A DNA stretch of 64,000 bases from Eledone cirrhosa (GCA_964016885.1 OZ024740.1:398598001-398662000); one strand, 5' to 3'; shown: positions 50,460 through 64,000, counted from the first letter of the stretch. Numbers and translations: made by a program. Notes: generated by a model not told the origin, from the sequence alone.

Positions 50460-51690
50460 TTCATCATCATCATCATCATCATCAACGTTTAACGTCCGTG
50501 TTCCACGCTTGCATGGGTTTGGACGGGGGTAGTCCCACTTGAGGCAAGAGTGATTGTCTTGCTCGCATAGAACTGTCTGGCAGGTTTTCTACAGTTGGAT
50601 GCCCTTCCTAACACCAACCACATTTACAGTGTGGGTCTGGGAGGTTTTTACCGTGTTGCCTACACGGCCACATTACAGCGTGGACTGTGTGTTTTTTTGT
50701 CGTGACACCTACACGATCTCATTTGTTTCGGCCTGGATGGCGCGGCACCAACATAACTTTACATAGAACGGGGTGGTGTGGATGGGGTGGGGGTGGCGGC
50801 GGGAGGGGTGTATTTTGTTAGAGATGCCTACTGGCAAGGCGGGTCTTCTCTGTTACTGAGTACCGCCAAAGGTCACGGTCCAGTGACATTGTCTTGGAAA
50901 GGTGTAAGTGTGTGAGGTCGGAGTTTATCAGCTCATCCCATGTTTTTCTAGGTCTGCCTATTCCGTGGCTACCGTCTATCTTTATTGCCCTGCACTTTGT
51001 AATACAGCTATCGACTTTCATGCGCATCACGTGTCCATACCAACGCAGCCTTCTCTCGAGTAAACAACATCTGATCCCTCTTATCTCTAATTTTTTCCTT
51101 AGTTCGTTTATGCTTTGCCGTTCACGTATATTACTGTTACACATCCAGCGGAGCATGCAAGCTTCGTTCCTCTCTAGTCTGCGTATATCCTCTGCACACA
51201 ATGCCCAGGTCTCACTACCATGCAACATTGCTGTTCGTATGCAGGCATCGTACAACCTGCCTTTCATTTTTAGGGAGAACCCTTTAGCAGCTAATAGTGG
51301 TATAAGCTCTCTGAACTTTTTCCAACCAGTTCTGACTCTAGCTACAGTACTTTCAGAGCACCCTCCCCCACTGCTGATTTTATCGCCCAGGTAACGGAAG
51401 CTGTCCACTATTTCTATAGAACCCTCTGCGCAATTGAAAGAGCTAGTATTTTGTGGGCACTTGCTGCTACTTATTGCACCAGAACACCGGCCACATGTAA
51501 AGTCTATGTTCTTAGTTAGCTTACCTGTGATCCCACTACATCTTTTATGCACCCATACTTTGCATTTAGGACATAAGATGGAGTTTCTACCTACGCCTTT
51601 CCTACATACCGAGCACGACCATTTCCCAGAAGGGACCGCCGCCTTGTTTTCTTTCCTACAAACTAGAACTTTGGTCTTAGCCAGGTTAAT
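50460..51690 (-). mobile_element. 5'-truncated RTE LINE (PHD-bearing lineage) with (ATG)n tail
   Basis: ORF 50818-51723: CSVC..CPKC..HKRC..CGRC, FRYLG, LHGSETW, RLRWYGHV. Tail at 50460-50483. Confidence 0.9.
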
Positions 51691-52014
51691 TTTTTTTTTT
51701 TTTTTTTTGTATTTTATAAACACTATTCATTGTATATTGAATCCAAATATAAATGTTGACATTGAATCTGTGTAGTTTACATTTTTTTTTCCTATCCTAT
51801 CTATTCTATTCAGTGCATAGAAATGTGTACTTTGAACAATTCTGGTTAATTACCATATATATTTGAGTATAAGCCAAGGAATATGTGGCAAAAAAAAATC
51901 GATGGTAAAAATGAGGGGTTGGCTTATATATTCGAGGTCAATATTTTGAAGATTTTCAGCAACTTCAAATTCTAATTTGATAAGGTGTTCAAATAATTGG
52001 CGTGTTTTACAATT

Positions 52015-53628
52015 ATCATCATCATCATCATTCTTACGTCCGCTTTCCCATGCTCGCATGGATTGAATGGATCCCGCTCAGTATGATATCTCTCTACACG
52101 TTGTGATCCTTTGTCATTGCCTTTGTGAGTCTGTGATTTGAGGTCAGCTCTAACGGTCTACCTCTACCGTGGCTTCCTTCCACTAGCATTTCCTGGCGCT
52201 TCACCCAATGATCATTGTCCATGCATATCACATGTCCAAACTAAGTCTTTTCTCATGCACACCACCTCTGATTCCTCTTAAACCCAGCTTATTCCTCAAC
52301 TTGTCCAAGCTCTGCCTTTCTCTCCAGTCTACACATGTCTTATGTTGCCTAGATAGCAGAAGCTATCAACCACTTCTATGGGTCCTTCCCATGCATCTTC
52401 TACAAACAAAGTCTTCCCTTCCTGTTAGTTTACCTGTTATCCCACTACATCTCTTGTGTAGCCAAGATTTACATTGTATGGTGTTTATGCCTACTGCCTT
52501 TCTACAAATTGAGCAGGACCACTTCCCTGAAGGAATAAGGGTCCTATCTTTTCTCTTACTCACTAGCACTTTAGTTTTGGATAAGTTTGTTCTTAGGCCT
52601 TTTGATCCTAAATTCTGTTTCCATAGTTGGAACTTATTTTCTAGATCTTTAATGGAATTAGCTATAAGGACCAGATCATCTGCATAGAGAAGTTCCCAGG
52701 GGCAGCTGGACTTAAACTCCTGTTATAACCTGGAGACATATAATGAATAGTAGTGAGCTAAGAACTGAACCTGGATGAACGCCTATCTGTACCTTGAATT
52801 CCTCATTAAACTCATTTCCTACTTTCATTTTGCTGACAGCTTCTCTGTACATGACTTTCACTGCTCTTACCAACCATTCTTTTACACCTAATTTACTTAA
52901 GGACAACCAGATAACACATCAGGGTACGCTGTCAAATGCTTGTTCTAGATCAATGAAAGCTAGGTATAGTGGCTTATTTTTGGCTAAGAACTTCTCTTGT
53001 AGTTGCCTCACTAAAAATAGGGCATCTGTAGAACTTTTCTCAGGCATGAAACCAAACTGCATCACATCTAATTTAACTCTAAGTAGTTACGCTATAACTC
53101 TTTCCATCATTTTCATAACTGGTCCATTAGTTTTATCTCTCTATAGTTAGTCCTTTCTAAGGCATCACCTTTGCCCTTGTAGCAATTTATGATTATACTG
53201 TTGCACCAGTCATTGGGAATCGCCCCATCCTGTATTACTTGATTAACTATGCGGGTTACAAATTTGACTCCTACTTCTGATGCTTTTAGGATCTTGGCAA
53301 CTTTATCATTTTTCATCTCTTTGAATGCTTCTTTAACTGTCAATTTGGCTGGCTCTTCTGTTGGGGGTAGTTTCTGTCCCCCCCCCCCCCACCACCACCA
53401 CCACCACCACCACCACCACCATTTGTTCCCTACATTCATCAGTTTCTCAGTAACATTTTCAGGCCTCTTTCCTGTTCGCATCACTGGTGTTAAATGCACC
53501 GGTGTCATTTCTAACACACTTTTCTCCAACATCTCGATTCACACTGACACATTGTCTTGCAATGCGGAACACTTCGCATCTCTGATCCTCATGTCTCAAT
53601 TCATTAGCAAACTTTCTTTTTTCAGCAT
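52015..53628 (-). mobile_element. Decayed, internally deleted RTE LINE (PHD-bearing lineage)
   Basis: Fragments NCYKGKGDALERTNYR, GVHPGSVLS, PSGKWSCSICRK. (ATG)n tail at ~52015-52030. Confidence 0.87.
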
Positions 53629-53642
53629 ATCTATATACACAT

Positions 53643-53910
53643 ACACACAAGGAGCATTCAAAATGTTTGTGAAAAATGAAATAAAAAGAAAACTATTTTA
53701 TGTTAAACCTTTATTTCTCCACATAAGCACTATCAACATCAAGGCACTTTTGTAAGCAATGATACCAGTCACTTATACCGTTCTGGTAGAACTGAGGGTC
53801 CTGAGAATTTAACCATGTCAAACCAGCTGTTTTTACATCATTAATAGTCTCAAATTGGGTATCTTTTAAAATATTTTCAAGTTTAGAAAATGAGAAAACA
53901 TCAGAAAGTA
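53643..53910 (-). mobile_element. Mariner transposase C-terminal fragment plus 3' end
   Basis: Minus frame SDVFSFSKLENILKDTQFETINDVK..WLNSQDPQFYQNGISDWYHCLQKCLDVDSAYVEK*. Confidence 0.78.
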
Positions 53911-55241
53911 TTTAATCAGGTGAATGTCTAATAATTTCTCATCCAAATTCCTATGGAGCTCTATGCTCCATGGAAAATATTTGTTAAACAGTGATGATAT
54001 TTTGTTGGTAGCTAAGGAGCAACAATGCTATCCTTTTCAGTTTATATGTATGGGGATTGGAATAAAAGTTCCAGATAGATACATTTTTGAAATATGACAA
54101 GTGCTTAGTGAAGAGATTTGTGATGAAGAAACGGCAAAACTTATGTGAGGATGAAGAAACAATAAACACGATTTCTTTCTATAATCATTCCAGCTGTTTT
54201 TAACTTGTTTCAGAATTTTATGACTGTATTGCTCACAAAAAATTTTATTTATTGCTTTCTATTGAATAGTTATTTATAAAGAACTAACAATAACAGTTTT
54301 GTAAAACTACAAAAGACAAGCAAGCATTGTTAACTTAGATTGTACAGAAGACACATCTAGTTTTATCTGTTCAAAACTACATTGCCTGGAGCACTTTACG
54401 GCAGTCACCACAGAAATAAAAAAAAAATTGTCCTGGATCAGTAACAAGCAGTAACAACACCATTACTTTCTGATCCATTATCTCTTATCTTTAGTATATC
54501 ACTTTCATTACATACTATATTTACTTTGCTCTAGGAAATATCTGTATCAGAATAATACTATTTTCCTCACTATTGAATTATATTGGAAAGAAAGTATTTG
54601 TTTTCACCTTTAGCATATCAGATAATCAGAACTGAAAGACTAGCCCACCTTTTCTTTTTCTTCCCTATGTTTCAGATATTTTCTTCCATATTTCTTGAGC
54701 TCTTACTTTGTTTTCTTTTGTGAAGAAACAATAATGCTTTTAAGCAGTCAGACATGCCATTTGCATAGTTGTAAGATCCAGAGTATTCATGTTGTTATTG
54801 GCTTTTCTTGGCAATCACAGGGAATTGTTTCATTTCATTTCACTTTATTCATTTGTTTGTTTTTTTCATGAAACCTTGGCAATGATTTTTCATTCCTCGT
54901 TGAATATAACTGATACAGACATTCATTAGTTTTAATCATATAGATCTTTCTGGTGAAGTTAATTTAAGATTAGTTTATAAGGTTGCTTAATTATCACCAG
55001 TGTTGTCATTTTTATATGCAAATATGAGTTGAAATGCATTTTGATTCTGCATTGTATTACATACAGTTTTAGGAGAATGGTTTTATAATTGGATGGTATT
55101 GCATCATCATTTTCTATACATACAAAAATCAATTTACGATAATACACCTGTAGGCGACCTGGATGTCCATAACTTGTTCAATAATTTCTGATTGAGACAT
55201 CCCTGATAAGATTATACTATTCAATAAATTCAGATAGGAAA

Positions 55242-58200
55242 ATCATCATCATCATTTTACGTCCGCTTTTCCCTGCTTGCAAGGGTGGGACGGGTCTTAT
55301 TCAGCACAGCATCTCTCCACTCATCACGGTCCTTCGTCATCTCCACCGTGAGCTTCAATGATCTGAGATCTGTTCTCACCACCTCCGCCCATGTTTTTCG
55401 TGGTCTACCTCTACCACGTCTTCCTTCAACTGACAATTCCTGGCACTTCTTCACCCATCGGTCATCCTCCATGCGCATCACATGTCCATACCACCTCAGT
55501 CTCCTCTCCCGTACACTACATTCTATCCCTCTGACACAGTTTCTCTCTCAACACATTTATGCTGGGTCGTTCACGCACATTTACACTGCACATCCAACGG
55601 AGCATGCTTGCCTCATTTCTCTCCAGCCGTCGCATATCCTCTGCAGTTGCTGCCCATGTCTCACTACCATTCAGCATCGCGCTCCTCACACAGGCATCAT
55701 ACAACCGGCCTTTCGTACGCAGGGAGAAACCCTTCTTCGTCAACAGAGGAAGCAGCTCCCTAAACTTCTTCCAACCCGTCCTTATTCTAGATACTATGGC
55801 CTCGGAACACCCTCCTCTCATGCTAACCTGATCTCCTAGGTACCGGAAGCTATCCACCACTTCTATAGCACCCTCCTGCATTTGAAAAATGTGTCTATCA
55901 ATGCGACTTCTACTGTCTAATTTCCCTGCATATCTTCTGCATACATATTTCTCCCTACCTGTTAGTTTGCTTGCTATCCCACTACATCTCTTGTGTACCT
56001 AGGATCTGCATTGTGTGCATTTTATAGAATTTATGCCAGTTCCTTTTCTGCATATCGAACATGGCCATTTCCCTGATGGAATCAGGGTTTTGTCCTCTTT
56101 TCTACTCATCAACACTTTTGTCTTAGCTAGATTCACTCTCAGTCCTCTTGCTTCCAACTGCTGTTTCCATAGCCAGAATTTATTCTCTAACTCCTCTACT
56201 GATTCTGCTATAAGAACCAGATCGTCAGCATAGAGAAGTTCCCATGGACAGCCAGTCTTAAACTCCTCTGTTATGGCTTGGAGGACTATAATGAACAAGA
56301 GCGGGCTGAGGACCGAACCCTGATGTACTCCTACTTGTATCTGGAATTCCTCACTAAACTCCATTCCTACTCTGACTTTACTGAGAGTACCTCTGTACAA
56401 AGTTTGCACTGTCCTCACAAGCCATTCCCCAACACCCAGCTTCCTTAGGGACCACCAGATGACAGATTGGGGTACCCTATCAAAGGCCTTCTCTAGGTCA
56501 ACAAAGGCTAAGTATAGTGGCTTATTCTTCTCTAAGAACCTCTCTTGCAATTGTCTCACCAAGAAGAGGGCATCTGTTGTACTCTTCCCAGGCACAAAAC
56601 CAAACTGCATCTCATCTAGTTTGACCCTTTCTCTAAATAGTTGTGCTAAAATCCTTTCTGCCACTTTCATAACTTGATCTATCAGTTTTATACCCCTATA
56701 ATTGCTCCTCTCCAAAGCATCCCCTTTACCTTTGTAGCAATTTATGAGAATACTGCTGCACCAGTCTTTGGGTATGACACCACCATATATAGCCTGATTG
56801 ATGATGCGTGCAACCAGTTTAGTGCCTACGTCCCCTGATGCCTTCAGCATCTCACCAACTATTCCCGATGGTCCGGCAGCCTTACCATTTTTCATTTCCC
56901 TAATCGCCTCTTGGACCCTATATTCGTCAATCTCAATAGCTGGTCCCTCTGTCGGATCTACCAAGGGCAATTTCTCTCTCCCATTTGTTCTCCACATTCA
57001 TCAGTCTCTCATAATGACATTTCCAGGCCTCCTTTTTCTGATCATTCGTGACACTAAGTACACCGGCATCATCCCGGACACATTTATCCCCAACAACATC
57101 CTGATTTGCATTGACACACTGCCTTGCAATGTGGAACACCGCACGCCTCTGATCTTCCAGTCGCAGAACATTGGCAAACCTCCTACTCTCTGCCTCCCTG
57201 CGTGCTAAGTACACCTGACGTCTAGCTTCTCTCTTAGTGGCTGTATATTCTTCCCTACTCCCACCCTTTTTCCAAGCCTTCCATGCTAGTCTCTAATAGC
57301 CTTATCTACTGTGCTGTTCCACCACCAGGTCACTCTCTGTCTGGTTGGAGCTCTGCTCCAGCCACAAGTTTCATCAGTAGCCTGCAGCAAGTTGTCACGT
57401 AAGAAATTCCAGTTATTATCTATGTCATACGTCTCTAAATCGTCTTCTTTTTCGTCATATACATCTTGAAGGGCTTTCCTAAATTTGTATTTTAGTGAAA
57501 GGTCTTTTAGCTTCCAGACCTTTCTTCTCCACACCTTCCTATATGTCTCATTCCATCTCTTGCTTACTGAGATATCACTAACAACTAACCTATGCTGTGG
57601 GGTACATTCTTCCCCAGGGTATGCCTTGGTATTAGACACTCTCTGCCTGTCCTGCTGCCTAACTAGTAAGAAGTCAATCTGGCTTATGTGCTCACCAGAT
57701 TTGTAGGTTATTAGGTGATTGGCAGGTTTCTGGAAGTTTGAGTTGCAAATAGTCAATGTACCTGCATCACAAAATTCAAGAAGTCTCACTCCTTCTTCAT
57801 TTCTTGAACCGTAACCGTGCCCACCATGTACCCCAGTGTAACCATCCTGGAGCTGTCCAACATGACCATTGAAGTCTCCTGCTAGCATGACGATGTCTCC
57901 GTCTTCTGTGATTGCGGTTGTTTGCAAAAGTTGCTCATAAAAGCAGTCTTTCTCATCTTTGCCTAGGCCTGCTTGAGGAGCATAGGCCGAGATGATTGTC
58001 AGTAGTCTCCTACCTACAACTAATCTAAGCTTAATTATTCGATTGCTAACTCGAACTACCTCTATTGTCTTATTGATCCATTTCTCAGCCAAGAAAATGC
58101 CTACTCCCCCTAACCCATCATCCTTACCTACCCAGAATAGCTTATAGCTAAGACGTTTGCCTACGACTAGTCTCGCAGAGGCACCTCTCCATCTCACCTC

Positions 58201-58314
58201 TTGCACGCAGCACACATCCACCTGCCTTCTCTCCAGCAACTCCGCTATTTCAGCAGATCTACCTCTGAGAGTGCCAACATTAAGTGTTGCAACTCTGAGA
58301 TGCGACGTCTTCAT
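55242..58314 (-). mobile_element. Near full-length RTE LINE (APE-RT with PHD), inactivated by frameshifts and a stop
   Basis: ORFs at 57286-58314 (TLNVGTL, CVQE, YAPQ, GDFNGH), 55999-56997 (LLYADD), 55516-55881 and 55257-55481. (ATG)n tail. Confidence 0.95.
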
Positions 58315-58799
58315 ATTTTGTTGTTGTTCCTATTTGTTGCTGTGCTGATAAGCGTTTTGGCATTGATACACTGGTTGGATGCCCTTCCTAACACCAGCGC
58401 CACTTTACAGCATGGACTGGGTGCTTTTATTTGTGCCACCAGCACTAGAGAGGATGGTTTACTAGACTCAAGGGCCCTCTCTAACCCTCCATTTTACAGC
58501 ATGGTCATTAAAAAAAAAAATTAAAAAAAACTTATTGACACGACGCACACACACACACTCACACACCAACACTCATGCATACAAACCACAAACACACACA
58601 CACACTCACACACCAACACTCATGCATACAAACCACAAACACACACACGCCACTCACATACCAACACTCATTCATGCATACAAACACACACATATATATA
58701 TATTACCGGCAGTACTGATACAAATACAAAATCAAAATCATGTCAACTGTTGACTTTTCCCAGTCCAGTTCAGCTTGTATATAATAATAATAATAATAA

Positions 58800-59165
58800 T
58801 TGTTTGCTTTACGCTGGTAATGGCGGTGGTGGATGGTGTCAGTGTAGTGGTGGTGTGTGGTAGTGGTGGATGGTCAGTGATGGTGGTGGCAGTTGTTGGT
58901 GCTGTAGTTGTTATTGTAGTTGCTGCTGCTGTTGTTGTCGTTGTTGCTGTTGTCACTGTTGTTGTTGTCGTTGTTGCTGCCGTTGCTGTTGTTGTTGTTG
59001 TTCATTTCACTGCTGCTGTCACTGCAGACAATGGTGTTGATGCTGTTATTGCTGTCGCATATATACAAATACACACATACACACACATTCAACACAGACA
59101 ACGGTGTTGTTGCCGTTGTTGTTGTTGTTGGTGTTGCTGCTGTTGTTGTTGTAGTTGTTGCTGTG
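58800..59165. repeat. Degenerate (GTT/GCT/GGT)n trinucleotide tract in the spacer between the RTE pair
   Basis: Directly visible. Confidence 0.85.
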
Positions 59166-59200
59166 TTGAAAAGTCCATTTCAATTGGATGTGCCATGCTA

Positions 59201-62200
59201 TCAGAGGTAGGTCTGCTGAAATAGCGGAGATGCTGGAGAGAAGGCAGGTGGATGTGTGCTGCGTGCAAGAGGTGAGATGGAGGGGTGCCTCTGCGAGACT
59301 AGTCGTAGGCAAGCGTCTTAGCTATAAGCTATTCTGGGTAGGTAAGGATGATGGGTTAGGGGGAGTAGGCATTTTCCTGGCTGAGAAATGGATCAATAAG
59401 ACAATAGAGGTAGTTCGAGTTAGTAATCGAATAATTAAGCTTAGATTAGTTGTAGGTAGGAGACTACTGACAATCATCTCGGTCTATGCTCCCCAAGCAG
59501 GCCTAGGCAAAGATGAGAAAGACTGCTTTTATGAGCAACTTTTGCAAACAACCACAATGACAGAGGACGGAGACATCGTTATGCTAGCAGGAGACTTCAA
59601 TGGTCATGTTGGACAGCTCCAGGATGGTTACACTGGGGTACATGGTGGGCACGGTTACGGTTCAAGAAATGAAGAAGGAGTGAGACTTCTTGAATTTTGT
59701 GATGCAAGTACATTGACTATTTGCAACACAAACTTCCAGAAACCTGCCAATCACCTAATAACCTACAAATCTGGTGAGCACATAAGCCAGATTGACTTCC
59801 TGCTAGTTAGGCAGCGGGACAGGCAGATAGTGTCTAATACCAAGGCATACCCTGGGGAAGAATGTACCCCACAGCATAGGTTAGTTGTTAGTGATATCTC
59901 AGTAAGCAAGAGATGGAATGAGACATATAGGAAGGTGTGGAGAAGAAAGGTCTGGAAGCTAAAAGACCTTTCACTAAAATTCAAATTTAGGAAAGCCCTT
60001 CAAGATGTATATGACGAAAAAGAAGACGATTTAGAGACGTATGACATAGATAATAACTGGAAGTTCTTACGTGACAACTTGCTGAAGGCTACTGATGAAA
60101 CCTGTGGCTGGAGCAGAGCTCCAACCAGACAGAGAGTGACCTGGTGGTGGAACAGCAGTGTAGATAAGGCTATTAGAGACAAAAGACTAGCATGGAAGGC
60201 TTGGAATAAGGGTGGGAGTAGGGAAGAATATACAGCCACTAAGAGAGAAGCTAGACGTCAGGTGTACTTAGCACGCAGGGAGGCAGAGAGTAGGAGGTTT
60301 GCCAATGTTCTGCGACGGGAAGATCAGAGGCGTGCGGTGTTCCACATTGCAAGGCAGTGTGTCAATGCAAATCAGGATGTTGTTGGTGATAAATGTGTCC
60401 GGGATGATGCCGGTGTACTTAGTGTCACGAATGACCAGAAAAAGGAGGCCTGGAAATGTCATTATGAGAGACTGATGAATGTGGAGAACGAATGGGAGAG
60501 AGAGAAATTACCCTTGGTAGATCCGACAGAGGGACCAGCTATTGAGATTGACGAATATAGGGTCCAAGAGGCGATTAGGGAAATGAAAAATGGTAAGGCG
60601 GCCGGACCATCGGGAATAGTTGCTGAGATGCTGAAGGCATCAGGGGACGTAGGCACTAAACTGGTTGCACGCATAATCAATCAGGCTATATATGGTGGTG
60701 TCATACCCAAAGACTGGTGCAGCAGTATTCTCATAAATTGCTACAAAGGTAAAGGGGATGCTTTGGAGAGGAGCAATTATAGGGGTATAAAACTGATAGA
60801 TCAGGTTATGAAAGTGGCAGAAAGGATTCTAGCACAACTAATTAGAGAAAGGGTCAAACTAGATGAGATGCAGTTTGGTTTTGTGCCTGGGAAGAGTACA
60901 ACAGATGCCCTCTTCTTGGTGAGACAAATGCAAGAGAGGTTCTTAGAGAAGAATAAGCCACTATACTTAGCCTTTGTTGACCTAGAGAAGGCCTTTGATA
61001 GGGTACCCCGATCTGTCATCTGGTGGTCCCTAAGGAAGCTGGGTGTTGAGGAATGGCTTGTAAGGACAGTGCAAACTTTGTACAGAGGTACTCTCAGTAA
61101 AGTCAGGGTAGGAATGGAGTTTAGTGAGGAATTCCAGATACAAGTAGGAGTACATCAGGGTTCGGTCCTCAGCCCGCTCTTGTTCATTATAGTCCTCCAA
61201 GCCATAACAGAGGAGTTTAAGACTGGCTGTCCATGGGAACTTCTCTATGCTGACGATCTGGCTCTTATGGCAGAATCAGTAGAGGAGCTAGAGAATAAAT
61301 TCCGGCTATGGAAACAGCAGTTGGAAGCAAGAGGACTGAGAGTAAATCTAGCTAAGACAAAAGTGTTGATGAGTAGAAAAGAGGACAAAACCCTGATTCC
61401 GTCAGGGAAATGGCCATGTTCGATATGCAGAAAAGGAACTGGCATAAATTCTATAAAATGCACACAATGTAGGTCCTGGGTACACAAGAGATGTAGCGGG
61501 ATAGCAGGCAAACTAACAGGTAGGGAGAAATATGTATGCAGTAGATGTACAGGGAAATTAGACAGTAGAAGTCGCACTGATAGACACATTTTTCAAATGC
61601 GAGAGGGCGCTATAGAAGTGGTGGATAGCTTCCGGTACCTAGGAGATCAGATTAGCATGGGAGGAGGGTGTTCCGAGGCCATAGTATCTAGAATAAGGAC
61701 GGGTTGGAAGAAGTTTAGGGAGCTGCTTCCTCTGTTGACGAAGAAGGGTTTCTCCCTGCGTACGAAAGGCCGGTTGTATGATGCCTGTGTGAGGAGCGCG
61801 ATGCTGCATGGTAGTGAGACATGGGCAGCTACCGCAGAAGATATGCGACGGCTGGAGAGAAATGAGGCAAGCATGCTCCGTTGGATGTGCAGTGTAAATG
61901 TGCGTGAACGACCCAGCATAAATGTGTTGAGAGAGAAACTGTGTCTGAGAGGGATAGAATGTAGTGTACGGGAGAGGAGACTGAGGTGGTATGGACATGT
62001 GATGCGCATGGAGGATGACCGATGGGTGAAGAAGTGCCAGGAAATGCCAGTTGAAGGAAGACGTGGTAGAGGTAGACCACGAAAAACATGGGCGGAGGTG
62101 GTGAGAACAGACCTCAGATCATTGAAGCTCACGGTGGAGATGACGAGGGACCGTGACGAGTGGAGAGATGCTGTGCTGAATAAGACCCGTCCCACCCTTG

Positions 62201-62249
62201 CAAGCAGGGAAAAGCGGACGTAAAATGATGATGATGATGATGATGATGA
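59201..62249 (+). mobile_element. RTE LINE with an uninterrupted ~1000-codon APE-RT ORF (to 62223), lacking ~15 N-terminal codons and the 5' UTR
   Basis: APE (CVQE, YAPQ, GDFNGH, QIDF), RT (QFGF, DLEKAFD, GVHQGS, YADD at 61246-57, FRYLG), PHD at 61417-61548, (ATG)n tail. The listed ATG at 59188 lies in flanking DNA. Confidence 0.96.
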
Positions 62250-62399
62250 ATGATATGCCTAATTTCAAAATTTCCTTGAATTTTTATTAGTGCAGCCCGC
62301 CTTACAATGAGCCACATCCTATGCAGCCCACTGCTCAAAAAAGCTTGCCCATGCCTGGTCTAGGTTATGTATTGTGCACTTCGATCAATGAAACCAATA

Positions 62400-63130
62400 G
62401 CCTGATACTGAGACGATGTCATAGTCGCGATCATCCTGCCAAAATCATAGCTGATAGTGACTGCACTGAAAATATTGCACTTCTCGAAAATATAATCAAA
62501 GCTGCACAAGATCTCCTCATCAGGGTTGAGAAGGCATGCCAGAATATTGGTCTGTTTCTGAATGCATCAAAGATGAAGTACATGCACATGAATATATCTA
62601 CCAATGGTCACCTGCACACATCAGATGAGTGATTTCAAGTATCTGGGTGGTTACACAGACACCGACCACAAGATGGATATCAGGATCGCTCAGTCATGGC
62701 GAGCACTTCACGTTTTACAGAAGGTGTGGTAGACAATCATCCACAAGGACACAAAAACAAAGGTTTTTCTGATCTGTGTAGAAACAAGCCTTCTGTATGG
62801 TTCAGAGTCATTATGTTAAATGCTATTTGCCGCAAGAGACTCGATGATACATACGCCAGAATACTACACGCACCATACAACAACTGGAGATGTCATCCAA
62901 CAAACTACTCTCTGTATGGGTCCAAGCCATGATGTTGTCAGGCGGCATCATCTGGCTCTTGCTGGCTGTGTCACTCACCACTATGAACCCACTGAAAGAT
63001 TGCTCCTCTGGACTCCAGGTGCAAAGATTGGCCATATATCGCCTTGAAATCAATCATCGAGATGGACACAAGCTTCACAGGAATAGATTTCCATGCTGCA
63101 ATGATTGATTGTATACTCTGGAGCTCAAAC
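62400..63130 (+). mobile_element. Old, decayed RTE-like LINE fragment
   Basis: IALLENIIKAAQDLLIRVEKACQNIGLFLNASK, DFKYLGG, LLYGSES, RLDDTYARIL. Confidence 0.7.
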
Positions 63131-63769
63131 TTTATCAATGCTTCACCACTGCCACAAGGCATCACATGATTCAAGCAAGCTAACAATCTACTATCAACAC
63201 ACTTTTATATTGTCCTTTTACATCTGCTTTCCATGCTGGTATAGGTTGAAGGATTTATGCAGTCTGAGTCCGTTCTTATTCAGAGTTACTGCTCTGCTAA
63301 GCAGGCCAGCATACCACATTTGTTACATTACACTTTTGACATGGTACCTATGGCTTGATGCTCTTCCTAACACCAACCATTTAAAATGTACTGGTGCATT
63401 TTATCATAGCACCAGTACTGAGGTTGTCTTGTACTCTGTAAGACTAGAATGCCCTCAATATTCTGCATTGTTTTAATTATAAAACTATTATTGTAATGCC
63501 TATTATGATGATCATTGGTGATCTCACAAATAATATTAAGTTCAATGTTTTGAAGTTCAAATCTCACCTGGGTCGACTTTGTTGGTCTAATCTGTTGATG
63601 AAATAAATCATGTACTATTTTATAGGAAATAAAACAAAACAAAACAACTGTTTAAGTATTCATTTGACTGTCTGTTTGATTGTGAGTACAAATGTATTTC
63701 ATTGTATTCCTACACAGATCAATTGATCCTATTTTAGCATAGTTAGCATTGACATTGGGAATCCCTAAA

Positions 63770-64000
63770 GCTGATTACTACCATCTTAAAAAAGAGGAGG
63801 AGGATACTCATTAGATAATGCATTCCTTTGTACAAAAAAATGTGTTATAGTCATGGCTAGAGTACCTTTCATCATAGGTCTACTCAATTATGGTTGGTCT
63901 GGTGCTAAATGACAACTTGATGCTGGCTAAAAAAGAAGTTACTATGCTCAACCTGCAAGAAATAATACCAAATCTCCCTCAAATTACACTAGTCTTCAAA
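63770..64000 (+). mobile_element. SINE-like family B copies, truncated by the window end
   Basis: GTCATGGCT..CATAGGTCTACTC and CAACCTGCAAGAAATAATACCAAATCTCCCTC. Confidence 0.6.

Noticed and set aside
54600-55150. Possible very old LINE RT remnant (PSNYKTILL..)
   Set aside because: Too degraded to support a call.

Overview
AT-rich, repeat-dominated animal genomic DNA. The SINE families, microsatellite density and RTE LINEs resemble those of coleoid cephalopods (Octopus-like); this is an inference. The only host coding sequence I can support is the first coding exon of a CHMP4/Snf7 (ESCRT-III) gene at 44585-44768 (+), and its exon 2 is not visible in the window. The rest is a ~4.4 kb satellite built from a Tc1/mariner-type MITE, non-LTR retrotransposons (RTE, R4, CRE, Tx1), hAT/mariner/Tigger remnants, many tRNA-derived SINEs and microsatellites. 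The strongest hidden signal is a set of type I hammerhead ribozymes. One is textbook-complete (18346-18439), one is complete with a large loop 2 (46061-46152, -) and one has a degenerate stem II (45784-45836). Two of these sit right behind long hairpins. Two further hammerhead 3' halves have become DNA palindromes, and they share a covarying downstream motif with a degenerate relic near 31.0 kb. Also notable: a PHD finger inserted inside the RT of the RTE family, a 3 kb inverted pair of those RTEs, a retroelement stack on (CATA)n, and a MITE with 6-bp TSDs. All analysis was done by eye; no searches were run.
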